Assembly (NCBI RefSeq): GCF_000008645.1
Contig: NC_000916.1
Location: 1,380,001-1,412,000, forward strand
Length of the DNA stretch: 32,000 bases
Source of the DNA: Methanothermobacter thermautotrophicus str. Delta H
GTDB lineage: Archaea > Methanobacteriota > Methanobacteria > Methanobacteriales > Methanothermobacteraceae
Reading direction: 5' to 3'
In this document: positions 1 to 9,345 of the stretch, in pieces
Position numbering within the stretch: position 1 is the first letter of the stretch
Layout of the letters: each line of letters starts with the position of its first letter
Translations under genes and position numbers: made by a program
Notes under the pieces: model-generated
What the model was told of the DNA's origin: nothing
The model's input: only the letters and a program-made list of their open reading frames with translations
Databases searched by the model: none

Positions 1-39
1 AGGGATACTAATTTATAGGGCCAGGAGTATGTAAGGGAC

Positions 40-297
40 ATGATGAGGAGAATAAAAAAAGAAAAGAGGAGGTCAGCGGAGGAGGAGTGGATCATCCTCA
101 AAAGGCAAATCTACAGGTTAAGTGTGGAGGCGGGTTGGCCCCTGGAGTACATCCTAGAGATGCCATACTCCTCCTTCACGGAGTGCCTGCTATCATTCCA
201 GGACCCGCCCAGGCAGGGGCCAGCAGTGAGGGATGTTGAAGCGGAACTGGATAGACTAAAAGAACTCAACTACAAGAGTATGCGATCGAGGATATAG
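40..297 (+). CDS. hypothetical small charged protein (85 aa)
   Basis: ORF track; charged N-terminus; 3' end overlaps the convergent gene by 28 nt; no recognisable family. Confidence 0.5.
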   Translation: MMRRIKKEKRRSAEEEWIILKRQIYRLSVEAGWPLEYILEMPYSSFTECLLSFQDPPRQGPAVRDVEAELDRLKELNYKSMRSRI

Positions 298-671
298 AGG
301 ACCATGAAGAAGGGGAGAGTCATGGTAGATGGTACATGCCATAAAAGACTTGATAGGATTAAGATGAGCGCTGTGCCTAGAGAGAAGATCCATGCGATGA
401 CTGCAATGACCTTGGTCATGAATGGGGCATCATCGAAGGATGTGTCCTTCCCATTGAACCATAGTATCACCGCTAAAGCAATGCCACCCAATGTGAGTTC
501 TGAGAATCCTATGAAGCCGTAGGGGATAGAGAACACTCCCACCCCTAGAGCTGTTCTCCTCAAGAATGTTTCCCTTTTGAGTTTTCCGCCGCATTCGCAG
601 ATGTAATCATCAGGGTCCTCCCCATCATTTAGGGTGTAGGTTTCCCCACATTCCTCACATTTCACCTTCAT
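270..671 (-). CDS. zinc-ribbon membrane protein (133 aa)
   Basis: N-terminal MKVKCEECGETYTL...YICECGG (CxxC and CxC ribbon) followed by about three hydrophobic segments. Confidence 0.75.
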   Translation of the reverse strand: MKVKCEECGETYTLNDGEDPDDYICECGGKLKRETFLRRTALGVGVFSIPYGFIGFSELTLGGIALAVILWFNGKDTSFDDAPFMTKVIAVIAWIFSLGTALILILSSLLWHVPSTMTLPFFMVLYILDRILL

Positions 672-798
672 AGTAGAATATTATGTCTGAAGTATTATGT
701 AATCCTTACGGGGGAGTTGTATGGTTGATCATACAGGGATACTAATTTATTAGGGCCCGGACTGAACTATGATTAATTAAAGAAATGGAGGTGCTGGT

Positions 799-1074
799 AT
801 GAGATGGTTAGCTCTTCTCATGCTCATGATATTTGTGGCGGGTTCATCGATAGGGACCTGCATGGCCCACTCAGGGGATACCCTGAAACCAGCCATGAAG
901 GGTAAGGCTGGTGGCGGGTTTAAGAGTTCATCAGGAAAACATATTGACCTCGACGACGATGATGATTCTGGTGGCGCTGATGATTCTGCAGGTGGGGACT
1001 GGCTATGGCTTCTTGTCCTTATCATTCTAATTGTTGTGATAGCTGTGCTGATTCTCATCTATCTGAGGCGATGA
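799..1074 (+). CDS. small secreted/membrane-anchored protein with acidic linker (91 aa)
   Basis: N-terminal signal-like hydrophobic segment, Gly/Ser and DDDDD linker, C-terminal transmembrane helix ending LIYLRR. Confidence 0.65.
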   Translation: MRWLALLMLMIFVAGSSIGTCMAHSGDTLKPAMKGKAGGGFKSSSGKHIDLDDDDDSGGADDSAGGDWLWLLVLIILIVVIAVLILIYLRR

Positions 1075-1176
1075 TAGACGAATGGCTGGCCGCGCCTTCG
1101 CTGTTTACAGACAGTAACTGGATGCTGATGGGTGGTGGAAACTTTGCCAGTGATTGATGAGTCCTGAGGGGATAGG

Positions 1177-2187
1177 ATGGTCCTTGTAATTGAGATCATA
1201 AGAAAGCATCTCCCAAGGGTCTTAAAGGTCCCGGCCACGCGCATACTCCTCCTTGTTCTTGCTGTGATCATCTACGGCACAGCAGGGTTCCATTTCATAG
1301 AGGGGGAGTCATGGACGGTTTCCCTCTACTGGACCTTTGTAACAATAGCAACTGTTGGTTACGGTGACTACAGTCCCTCAACGCCACTTGGAATGTACTT
1401 CACGGTAACCCTTATCGTACTTGGCATAGGGACCTTCGCGGTTGCAGTTGAAAGACTTTTAGAGTTCCTCATAAACAGGGAGCAGATGAAATTAATGGGG
1501 CTGATAGATGTGGCTAAATCAAGGCACGTGGTTATATGTGGCTGGAGTGAGAGTACCCTGGAGTGCCTCAGGGAACTCCGGGGGAGTGAGGTGTTTGTGC
1601 TTGCAGAGGATGAGAACGTCAGGAAGAAGGTCCTGAGGAGTGGGGCCAACTTTGTCCATGGGGACCCCACCAGGGTCTCTGACCTTGAAAAGGCCAATGT
1701 CAGGGGCGCGAGGGCGGTTATAGTGGACCTTGAATCTGACTCAGAGACCATACACTGCATACTTGGCATAAGGAAGATAGATGAATCTGTGAGGATCATA
1801 GCCGAGGCTGAGAGATATGAGAACATTGAGCAGTTGAGGATGGCGGGTGCTGATCAGGTGATATCCCCCTTTGTCATATCAGGGAGGCTGATGTCCAGGA
1901 GCATCGATGACGGCTATGAGGCTATGTTCGTACAGGATGTGCTTGCAGAGGAATCCACAAGGAGGATGGTTGAAGTCCCAATCCCTGAAGGGAGCAAACT
2001 TGAAGGAGTTTCAGTCCTTGACGCTGACATCCATGATGTGACAGGGGTAATTATAATCGGTGTGGGACGTGGAGATGAACTCATAATAGACCCTCCAAGG
2101 GATTACTCCTTCAGGGCAGGGGATATAATACTGGGCATAGGAAAACCAGAGGAGATTGAAAGGTTAAAGAATTACATCAGCGCCTGA
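1177..2187 (+). CDS. mthK: calcium-gated potassium channel MthK (2-TM pore plus RCK/TrkA-N and TrkA-C domains)
   Basis: Selectivity filter [12 protein letters not shown], inner helix followed by RCK domain starting near M107 ([17 protein letters not shown]); 336 aa; matches the known MthK sequence from memory. Confidence 0.97.
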
Positions 2188-2206
2188 AATTTCGGAATGA
2201 CATGAA

Positions 2207-2929
2207 TCAGGGGGATTCACCCGGCCAACGCACAGCTATTCTCCTTAGGGGATACACAAGGACTTTCTCATTGATATCAGTGGCCAGGGTGTAGGGTATT
2301 ACATTCACGCCTGCTTCATGGGCCCTTCTAAGTGCAGATGAAAACTCAGGATCCATTTCATGATTTGGAGAAAAGAAGCGTGCACTTCTGCCAAATACAA
2401 GGAAGAGTACACTGCTATGGTAACCCTCAGAGAGGGCGCGTTCCAGTTCCTCAACGTGTCTCCTGCCCCTCTCTGTGGGTGCGTCAGGGAAAAGCGCAAG
2501 GTTTTCCCTGACAAGGGTGCAGCCCTTGACCTCAACGAGCATCCTTTCATTTTCAGATGCCAGCAGAAAATCAATCCTGCTTCTGCCGAAGCTGCATTCC
2601 CTCTTTTCTATTCTGAAGCCACGAAACTCATCCACTGCTGAGGATTCTATTATACTGGCAGCCAGGTCACTGTGGAAGCCCGAGTTTACAAGCACCCACT
2701 CATCATCCCTCCTGAGGGCTATAACATCAAACTCTGTTTTCCGGTTTCCTGAGGAGGCTTTCCTCAGTATAACATCGTTTCCAGGTATCAGAAGTTCTCT
2801 GAGCCTTCCAGGGTCCCTCAGGTGGGCTAGCCGCCTCTCACCATCAACATAAACAGCCACTGTGAACCTGTTGGGCCTTTCAATGTAGCTTCCCCTTAAG
2901 GGGTTCTCTATGATCATGGCAACCATCAT
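2207..2929 (-). CDS. sfsA: SfsA family protein (sugar fermentation stimulation protein homolog)
   Basis: 240 aa with FTVAVYVDGERRLAHLRDPGRLRELLIPG and RIDFLLASENERMLVEVKGCTLV...FPDAPTERGRRHVEEL, typical of SfsA. Confidence 0.93.
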   Translation of the reverse strand: MMVAMIIENPLRGSYIERPNRFTVAVYVDGERRLAHLRDPGRLRELLIPGNDVILRKASSGNRKTEFDVIALRRDDEWVLVNSGFHSDLAASIIESSAVDEFRGFRIEKRECSFGRSRIDFLLASENERMLVEVKGCTLVRENLALFPDAPTERGRRHVEELERALSEGYHSSVLFLVFGRSARFFSPNHEMDPEFSSALRRAHEAGVNVIPYTLATDINEKVLVYPLRRIAVRWPGESP

Positions 2930-3045
2930 TATATATGTAAGCTTCTAAATGAATATTAATCAATCCATGGATATGAATCATGGGATGGATTTGCATCATG
3001 GTTCCAGCCATGTTGCATAACCACAGACATTTGAGGTGACGTAAT

Positions 3046-4125
3046 TTGCATCCAAGACCCAGCCCAATAGCCGCATCACTCTACACACTCAGAGACCTTG
3101 ACGCTGACGTGATAATCCTTCACGGCCCCCATGGCTGCTGCTTCAGGACAGGGAGACTCCTTGAAACTGATGGAGTCCGTGTCCTAACAACTGCAATGTC
3201 AGAGCAGGACTTCATCTTCGGGGCATCCGATAAACTCACAGAGACCCTCAGGAAGGCATATGAAATGTTCTCCCCCAAACTTGTGGGTGTGGTGGGCACC
3301 TGTGCCAGTATGATAATCGGCGAGGACCTGAAGGAGGCTGTCCAGAGGGCGGGTATACCTGCAAGGGTCCTCGCCGTGGAATCCCATGGCGGCTTCGGTG
3401 AGGGTGATAACACTGAGGGTGCCATAATAGTCCTGGAGGCAGCTGCGGAGCAGGGTATAATCCCTGAAGAGGAGGCAGAGCGTCAGATAAAGATGCTGAA
3501 ACTCGCAACAGAAATTGAAAAGACAAGGGGCATGGCCCAGGGGAAATACATCCGCCCATCCTACGGCGATGATAAGGATGAGGTGGCTCTCAGGGTTCTT
3601 GAAGCCATAATGGAAGGTAGAAGGGTGGCCTTTGTCCTCAATGCCAAGAAGGAGACATCCTACCTCTTTGCCGATACACTGACACTGCCCTTCGGGTCAC
3701 TGAACCCTGATAACCCCCCCATTATAATCGCGAATCTTGATAAGGGTATTGGCCTTCCAAGGATACGGAGGCATGCAGAGAACATACTCTCAGAGATAGA
3801 GAGGAGCGGTAACAGGGTGGAGCATATAACAGGTGGACTTGATGAATACCCCATAACCGGTGCAAGGGCTGCAGAAATTTTAAGGAATGAGGAAATAGAG
3901 TTTGCAGTCGTTTCAGGGGTTCCCCATGCACTCCCAGTGGAGGAACTGGGTCTTGAATCCGTTGCAGTTACCGACGGGCCCAGACTGGTGGAGCCACTCA
4001 GGGGACTGGGTTACACCCATGTGGTGGCTGAACTTGATGCCCATGCAAGGACACTGGGACAGAGGAGCATAGTGGAATCTGATTTTGGAGATGCCCTTAG
4101 AAGAAACATTAAAAAGGTGATATGA
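3046..4125 (+). CDS. cfbD: Ni-sirohydrochlorin a,c-diamide reductive cyclase catalytic subunit (nitrogenase NifD-like, F430 biosynthesis)
   Basis: NifD-like protein ([16 protein letters not shown]...[16 protein letters not shown]), 359 aa, methanogen context. Confidence 0.9.
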   Translation: MHPRPSPIAASLYTLRDLDADVIILHGPHGCCFRTGRLLETDGVRVLTTAMSEQDFIFGASDKLTETLRKAYEMFSPKLVGVVGTCASMIIGEDLKEAVQRAGIPARVLAVESHGGFGEGDNTEGAIIVLEAAAEQGIIPEEEAERQIKMLKLATEIEKTRGMAQGKYIRPSYGDDKDEVALRVLEAIMEGRRVAFVLNAKKETSYLFADTLTLPFGSLNPDNPPIIIANLDKGIGLPRIRRHAENILSEIERSGNRVEHITGGLDEYPITGARAAEILRNEEIEFAVVSGVPHALPVEELGLESVAVTDGPRLVEPLRGLGYTHVVAELDAHARTLGQRSIVESDFGDALRRNIKKVI

Positions 4126-5129
4126 TGGCTGAAACAGTTGGAATGATACTCTGCGGGGGATTCGGGAAACGTCTGAGACCCCTAACTGAGAAAATACCAA
4201 AACCACTCATCGAGATAAAGGAGGGCTACACCATCCTTGATAAACAGCTCTTTGACCTCAAAAATGCAGGCATAAACACGGTGTACCTCCTTACAGGTTT
4301 CCTTGGGGAAAGGATAGAGGAGAGGTATGGTGATAACTACAAGGGACTCAGAATAGAGTATGTAAGGGAGGAGAAACCACTGGGGACCCTTAACGCCATA
4401 AGGCTTGGAATGGAGGCCATAGATGGAGAGAAACAGTGCATAATAAGGAATGGGGATGTTGTGGCTGACCTCAATATAAAGAAGATGATACACCTGGGTG
4501 AGATGTCAGATTATCCCCTGACCATGTTCATAACCAGGATGCAGTCACCATATGGCATAGTTGAAACCAGCGGTGATAAGATAATAAACTTCAGAGAGAA
4601 ACCACTCCTTGACTATTACATCAACGCAGGGGTCTACTTCTCCAAGGGAAACCTTGACTTCGGTGACTTTGAGTCGGGGGACATCGAGAAGACACTCTTC
4701 CCCCTCATGGCAAAGGAGAACAAGCTGGGCTACTACAGGGAGGACGGTCTCTTCTGGATGGCCATCGACACCTCCAAAGAACTTGAGGAGATAAGGAAGG
4801 AGTACCGTAACCGGGAGGACAAGCCATGGGGCTATGAGAAGATCCTCATAAACACCGAGAAGTACCTCACAAAGGAGCTCTTCATAAGGGAGGGCTACAG
4901 GACATCATTCCATTACCATGAGGAGAAGGATGAGACCATGTACATAATCTCGGGTTCAGGTTACATAGAATTCGATAACCGGAAGGAGTACTTCAGCAAG
5001 AACGACACCATCCGCATAGAACCAGGGGAGAGGCACTCCATAGTGGCCATGGAGAACACCGTACTCCATGAGGTATCAACACCACACCTAAACGACACCG
5101 TGAGGGTCCAGGATTACTATACAAGGTGA
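4122..5129 (+). CDS. nucleotidyltransferase (NDP-sugar/mannose-1-phosphate guanylyltransferase type) fused to C-terminal cupin (mannose-6-phosphate isomerase type II-like)
   Basis: N-terminal [23 protein letters not shown]; C-terminal cupin [21 protein letters not shown]...[11 protein letters not shown]; ATGA overlap with cfbD. Confidence 0.9.
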   Translation: MMAETVGMILCGGFGKRLRPLTEKIPKPLIEIKEGYTILDKQLFDLKNAGINTVYLLTGFLGERIEERYGDNYKGLRIEYVREEKPLGTLNAIRLGMEAIDGEKQCIIRNGDVVADLNIKKMIHLGEMSDYPLTMFITRMQSPYGIVETSGDKIINFREKPLLDYYINAGVYFSKGNLDFGDFESGDIEKTLFPLMAKENKLGYYREDGLFWMAIDTSKELEEIRKEYRNREDKPWGYEKILINTEKYLTKELFIREGYRTSFHYHEEKDETMYIISGSGYIEFDNRKEYFSKNDTIRIEPGERHSIVAMENTVLHEVSTPHLNDTVRVQDYYTR

Positions 5130-5135
5130 GATCGC

Positions 5136-5732
5136 TTGATAGCCATCATAGACTATGGAAGCGGAAACCTCAGGAGCATAGCCAATGCATTCAGGAAGAT
5201 AGGGGCAGATGCCCTTGTGACATCAGATCCACAGATCCTTGAAGCCGCCGACGCACTCGTACTCCCGGGTGTCGGTGCATTTGGAAGTGCGATGGCCAAA
5301 CTCGAGGGTCTGAGGGAAACCCTGCTGGGGAACATCATGGATGGGAAACCCTTCCTGGGGATATGCCTGGGGCTACAGGTGCTCCTTTCAGAGAGCCAGG
5401 AATCTCCTGGTGTCCATGGTCTTGACCTTATACCGGGAAGGGTCATAAGAATACCACCAGGCAATAAGGTCCCCCATATGGGCTGGAACCAGCTGATAAT
5501 TGTGGAAGATTCACAGCTCCTTGAGGGTGCTGAGGATGAGTACTTCTACTTCGTCCACTCCTACTATGCTGAACCCTCCAACGACGTGGTCGTTGCAAGG
5601 ACAGATTATGGGGTTGAAATGACAGCGGCCATCGAATCCGATAACATCCATGCAACCCAGTTCCACCCTGAAAAGAGCGGGGAAGCCGGACTGGATGTTC
5701 TAAGGAACTTTGTCGAAATAATCAGGGCATGA
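5136..5732 (+). CDS. hisH: imidazole glycerol phosphate synthase glutamine amidotransferase subunit
   Basis: IAIIDYGSGNLRSI, FLGICLGLQ, VHSYY, THATQFHPEKSG-type GATase triad; TTG start preceded by GGTGAGATC. Confidence 0.96.
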   Translation: MIAIIDYGSGNLRSIANAFRKIGADALVTSDPQILEAADALVLPGVGAFGSAMAKLEGLRETLLGNIMDGKPFLGICLGLQVLLSESQESPGVHGLDLIPGRVIRIPPGNKVPHMGWNQLIIVEDSQLLEGAEDEYFYFVHSYYAEPSNDVVVARTDYGVEMTAAIESDNIHATQFHPEKSGEAGLDVLRNFVEIIRA

Positions 5733-7117
5733 AAGGATCAGTGAGAGGTTGGATAATGGATATAGAGGGATTTGTAAGGCGAAACATGGATTCCATGGAT
5801 GAGGAGTCACTCAGGAACGCACTGGCTGACCTTATACTGGAATTCAAGGATACAGACAGGGAAACATCCATCCGGATGGCGGACGCGGTTATCTATGAGG
5901 TTAAGAATACCCTTAAAACCGGTGGACTCGACGATGGCCTCAGGACCATAATATCATACCCCCCTGCAGGGGTTGGAATGGGTGAGATGGGGGTCGGGTC
6001 CCGGGGTGAGGGCGACTTTTTTGTCCACAGGAAGATCGCAGATATCGTTTCAAGCACAGGGACACGTTCATTCATAAATCCTGAGGCACAGGATGATGGT
6101 GGCGTCGTAAGGACTGAAACAGGAAGTGGGGACGTATACATAACAACCGCAGTGGACGGGATACACTCACGCCTAAGCGAATACCCCTTCCTCGGGGGCT
6201 TCCATGTCACCAGGGCAGCCCTGAGGGATGTGTGTGTGATGGGTTCAAGGCCCGTGGCCCTCATAAGCGACCTCCACCTTGCAGATGATGGTGACGTCGG
6301 TAAACTATTTGACTTCACTGCAGGGGTTGCAGCAGTATCAGAGCTCGTTGGCGTCCCGGTGGTCGCCGGGAGCACCCTGAGGGTCGGGGGTGACATGGTC
6401 CTTGGTGACAGGCTTGTCAGCGCAGTCGGGGCCATAGGCTTTTCAGAGACACCACCAACAGCCAGGAAGCGTGCAGAGCCCGGAGACGTCATACTCCTAA
6501 CAGAGGGGTCAGGAGGCGGGACAATAACCACAACCGCCATATACCATGGACTCTTCGATGTTGTATGGGAGACCCTTGACGTGAATTTCATAAGGGCCTC
6601 CGAGGCCATAATGGATTCAGGGCTCCTGGGCGATGTCCATGCAATGACAGACGTTACAAATGGTGGTCTGAGGGGAGATGCACATGAGATATCCTCAACA
6701 GCAGGGGTTGGACTGGAATTCGATGCCGATGCGGTCATGTCCATGATAAACCCCAGTGTCCTGAGGATGCTGCAGGACCTTGAAATTGACCCCCTCGGCG
6801 TCTCCATAGATTCGCTCATGATAATAGCCCCCGAGGACGTGGCCCCTGATGTTATGGATACCATAAGGGGTGCAGGCGTTGATGTTGCAGAAATAGGAAG
6901 GGTAACTGACTCAGGGGTCCCGGTTCTCCTGAGGGACGGTTCAGAGGAGGAACTCAGGCCACTCTTCCGTGAGGCAGCATACACCCAGATAAAGAAGATG
7001 GTGGGTGATAAAACACCCCAGGACTTTGAGGAGATGAAGAGGAAGGTTGAGGATGCTGCAAGGCGTGCCATAGAGAAGAAGGACATGGTGGTCCGGATGA
7101 TCTCCCGGGAGGATTAG
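5729..7117 (+). CDS. AIR synthase-related protein (HypE/SelD/ThiL-like fold)
   Basis: ATP-grasping AIRS features: EGSGGGTITTTAIYHG, AMTDVTNGGLRGDAHEISS, GVGLEFDAD; start may be ATG 5756 rather than 5729. Confidence 0.82.
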   Translation: MKGSVRGWIMDIEGFVRRNMDSMDEESLRNALADLILEFKDTDRETSIRMADAVIYEVKNTLKTGGLDDGLRTIISYPPAGVGMGEMGVGSRGEGDFFVHRKIADIVSSTGTRSFINPEAQDDGGVVRTETGSGDVYITTAVDGIHSRLSEYPFLGGFHVTRAALRDVCVMGSRPVALISDLHLADDGDVGKLFDFTAGVAAVSELVGVPVVAGSTLRVGGDMVLGDRLVSAVGAIGFSETPPTARKRAEPGDVILLTEGSGGGTITTTAIYHGLFDVVWETLDVNFIRASEAIMDSGLLGDVHAMTDVTNGGLRGDAHEISSTAGVGLEFDADAVMSMINPSVLRMLQDLEIDPLGVSIDSLMIIAPEDVAPDVMDTIRGAGVDVAEIGRVTDSGVPVLLRDGSEEELRPLFREAAYTQIKKMVGDKTPQDFEEMKRKVEDAARRAIEKKDMVVRMISRED

Positions 7118-7152
7118 ATCAGGAGAAAGGACAGCCTTCTTGAAGGGATATC

Positions 7153-7536
7153 ATGGATGATGGGGGCTACATATCCACAACCGACGCGGTTCTTGCACTC
7201 ACAGTGGTCTTCATAGTAACGGCATCCGTCATCAACACGGACCCCCCGCTGGTCACCCCTGAATCTCCGAAAGCAGGGGATGTCCTTGATGCCATGGCGT
7301 CCTATCCATCAGGTGAAAGCATACTGGATGGCCTTGCAGAGTCTCCTGACCCAACCATGGCATCGGATTTCCTCAACAGGACCCTTGAGGGGATGGACTA
7401 CAATCTCACAGCTGACAGGGGGACCGGTGAGGTTACCGTTGCATCCCGTGGTTCAATGGAGGATGCAGAAGACATAGACGTGGCTGTGAGGTCGCGGGGA
7501 AACGTCACCTTCAGACTCTATCTATGGAGATCCTGA
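7153..7536 (+). CDS. small hypothetical protein with N-terminal hydrophobic helix, possibly pilin-like (127 aa)
   Basis: N-terminus MDDGGYISTTDAVLALTVVFIVTASV followed by a soluble domain. Confidence 0.6.
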   Translation: MDDGGYISTTDAVLALTVVFIVTASVINTDPPLVTPESPKAGDVLDAMASYPSGESILDGLAESPDPTMASDFLNRTLEGMDYNLTADRGTGEVTVASRGSMEDAEDIDVAVRSRGNVTFRLYLWRS

Positions 7537-7607
7537 TGCAAGACTTAAATACCTGCATGGAAAATTATTAATATAGGATGGTATAAACTACCCTTCACTC
7601 TCATTTT

Positions 7608-7679
7608 GCCCTGATAGTGTAGCGGATATCACGTAGGACTGCGGATCCTATTACCCGGGTTCAAGTCCCGGTCAGGGCA
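7608..7679 (+). tRNA. tRNA-Arg (anticodon GCG), no encoded CCA
   Basis: Acceptor GCCCTGA/TCAGGGC, anticodon arm TAGGA-CTGCGGA-TCCTA, T arm CCGGG-TTCAAGT-CCCGG, discriminator A; 72 nt, no intron. Confidence 0.93.
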
Positions 7680-7734
7680 CTCACCTTCACATTAAAATCC
7701 ACTGATTCTATTTAAAGGGCGAAACCATCAAGTA

Positions 7735-7805
7735 ACTGCGTCCGTCCCAATGTACCGCCTGATCTGGAATCAGCGCTGGAAGCGGACCGTCAGCAAATCT
7801 TTTTT
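7735..7805 (+). ncRNA. candidate small structured RNA (ends approximate)
   Basis: TATA-like TATTTAAAG at 7709-7717; paired GTCCG 7740-7744/CGGAC 7783-7787 enclosing hairpin CTGAT-CTGGA-ATCAG (7759-7773); alternative or partly overlapping hairpin CGCT-GGA-AGCG (7774-7784); T6 at 7800-7805. Confidence 0.35.
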
Positions 7806-7859
7806 CATTCTTGCTCTGATCATGTCGGGATGGAGATCATCAGCAAATCTTTATTTCAT
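7791..7859 (+). repeat. imperfect direct repeat CAGCAAATCTTTNTTTCAT, two copies 50 nt apart upstream of the adenylate-forming ligase gene
   Basis: CAGCAAATCTTTTTTTCAT-like copy from 7791 and CAGCAAATCTTTATTTCAT at 7841-7859. Confidence 0.8.
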
Positions 7860-7882
7860 GGACGACAAACTAATGTCTGGAG

Positions 7883-9244
7883 ATGGTGGTTGTTATGGGG
7901 ACCTACTTCAATCCTGAAATAGAGACCATGGAACGTGGCGAACTGGACGCCCTTGTAGAGGAGAGGATAAGGTACACAGTTAACTATGCATATGAAAACT
8001 CTCCCTTCTACAGCAAATGGTTCAGGGAGAACAATATCAAGCCCTCAGATATAAAGAGTCATGAGGACCTAAGGGAGCTCCCTATAATAAGCGGTGAAAC
8101 AGTAAGGAAAAACCAGCCACCTGAAAAGGACAGATTTGAATTTAAATGCGCCCCCTGGGAGGAGATCTACACCATCCATGAGACCAGCGGCACCAGCGGA
8201 AGACCAAAGTCCTTCTTCCTCACATGGGGGGACTGGCAGAGGTACGCAGAGAAGTATGCGAGGTCCTTTGTATCCCAGGGATTTGAAACAGGTGACCGGG
8301 TCGTCGTATGCGCATCCTACGGCATGAACGTCGGGGCCAACACGATGACACTGGCAGCACAGAAGATAGGAATGACAATAATACCCGAGGGCAAATGCAC
8401 ATTTCCTGTGAGGATAATGGAGAACTACCGGCCAACAGGGATAGTTGCAAACGTATTCAAACTGCTGAGGCTCGCAAGGCGAATGAAGGAGCAGGGAATT
8501 GATCCCAGGGAGTCAAGCATAAAGAGACTGGTGGTTGGTGGTGAAAGCTTTGCGCCGGAATCAAGGGCATACGTCGAGGAACTGTGGGGAGTTGATGTCT
8601 ACAACACCTATGGGAGCACCGAGGGGACCATGTGTGGGGAATGCCACATCAAGGAGGGACTCCACGTCCCCGAGGACCTCGTACACCTGGATGTCTATGA
8701 CCCCAACCTCAGGGACTTCGTTGATGATGGGGAATGCGGCAGGATAGTCCTGACAACACTGCTACCCGTTGGTGAGAGGACCGGCACACTCCTGCTCAAC
8801 TATGACACCGAGGACACAACCGTGGTCATATCCAGGGACACGTGCAGGTGTGGAAGGACCCACATGAGGATAATGAACCCTGAAAGGGAGGCAGAGACCT
8901 TCTGGATCTCCGGTCATCCATTCAACCGGGTTGACGTTGAGGCAGCGGTTTTCCAGAGGGAGAACATGGATTACCTCACAGGGGAATATGAGGCCTTCCT
9001 CTACGGGGACGAGGATGAGGGCACAGTGACCATGAGGGTCTCCCTTGAATGTGAGGATCCAGGAAACTGCGCCAAGGAGATAATCCAGGAGAACTTTATA
9101 GGGGCCTTCTTCAAATATAAGAGGGACCTGCATGATGCCTACCTTGAGGGAACATTTGAGATAATATTCAACTTCGTAGGGCCAGGCGAACTCGAATTTT
9201 ATAAGGTTAAGGGCAGGCCCAAGCGTATGGTTGATAGGAGATAG
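7883..9244 (+). CDS. phenylacetate-CoA ligase family adenylate-forming enzyme, probable coenzyme F390 synthetase
   Basis: ENSPFYSKWF, ETSGTSGRPKSFFLTWGDW, VYNTYGSTEGTMCGE, CRCGRTHMRI; methanogen F390 synthetase/PaaK family, 453 aa. Confidence 0.85.
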   Translation: MVVVMGTYFNPEIETMERGELDALVEERIRYTVNYAYENSPFYSKWFRENNIKPSDIKSHEDLRELPIISGETVRKNQPPEKDRFEFKCAPWEEIYTIHETSGTSGRPKSFFLTWGDWQRYAEKYARSFVSQGFETGDRVVVCASYGMNVGANTMTLAAQKIGMTIIPEGKCTFPVRIMENYRPTGIVANVFKLLRLARRMKEQGIDPRESSIKRLVVGGESFAPESRAYVEELWGVDVYNTYGSTEGTMCGECHIKEGLHVPEDLVHLDVYDPNLRDFVDDGECGRIVLTTLLPVGERTGTLLLNYDTEDTTVVISRDTCRCGRTHMRIMNPEREAETFWISGHPFNRVDVEAAVFQRENMDYLTGEYEAFLYGDEDEGTVTMRVSLECEDPGNCAKEIIQENFIGAFFKYKRDLHDAYLEGTFEIIFNFVGPGELEFYKVKGRPKRMVDRR

Positions 9245-9345
9245 TCCAGCTAAGGTTGGGATGTAGGGCAGACATCATCATGGACGGATAGTTTCAGGGA
9301 ACTGAGCCTTCCTTCAGTGGATAGCGAATTATATAATTAAAATGG

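Noticed and set aside
5893-7086. 397-aa minus-strand ORF opposite the AIR-synthase-like gene
   Set aside because: Ser/Pro/Thr-rich translation with no family features; it mirrors the codon bias of the well-supported sense gene.
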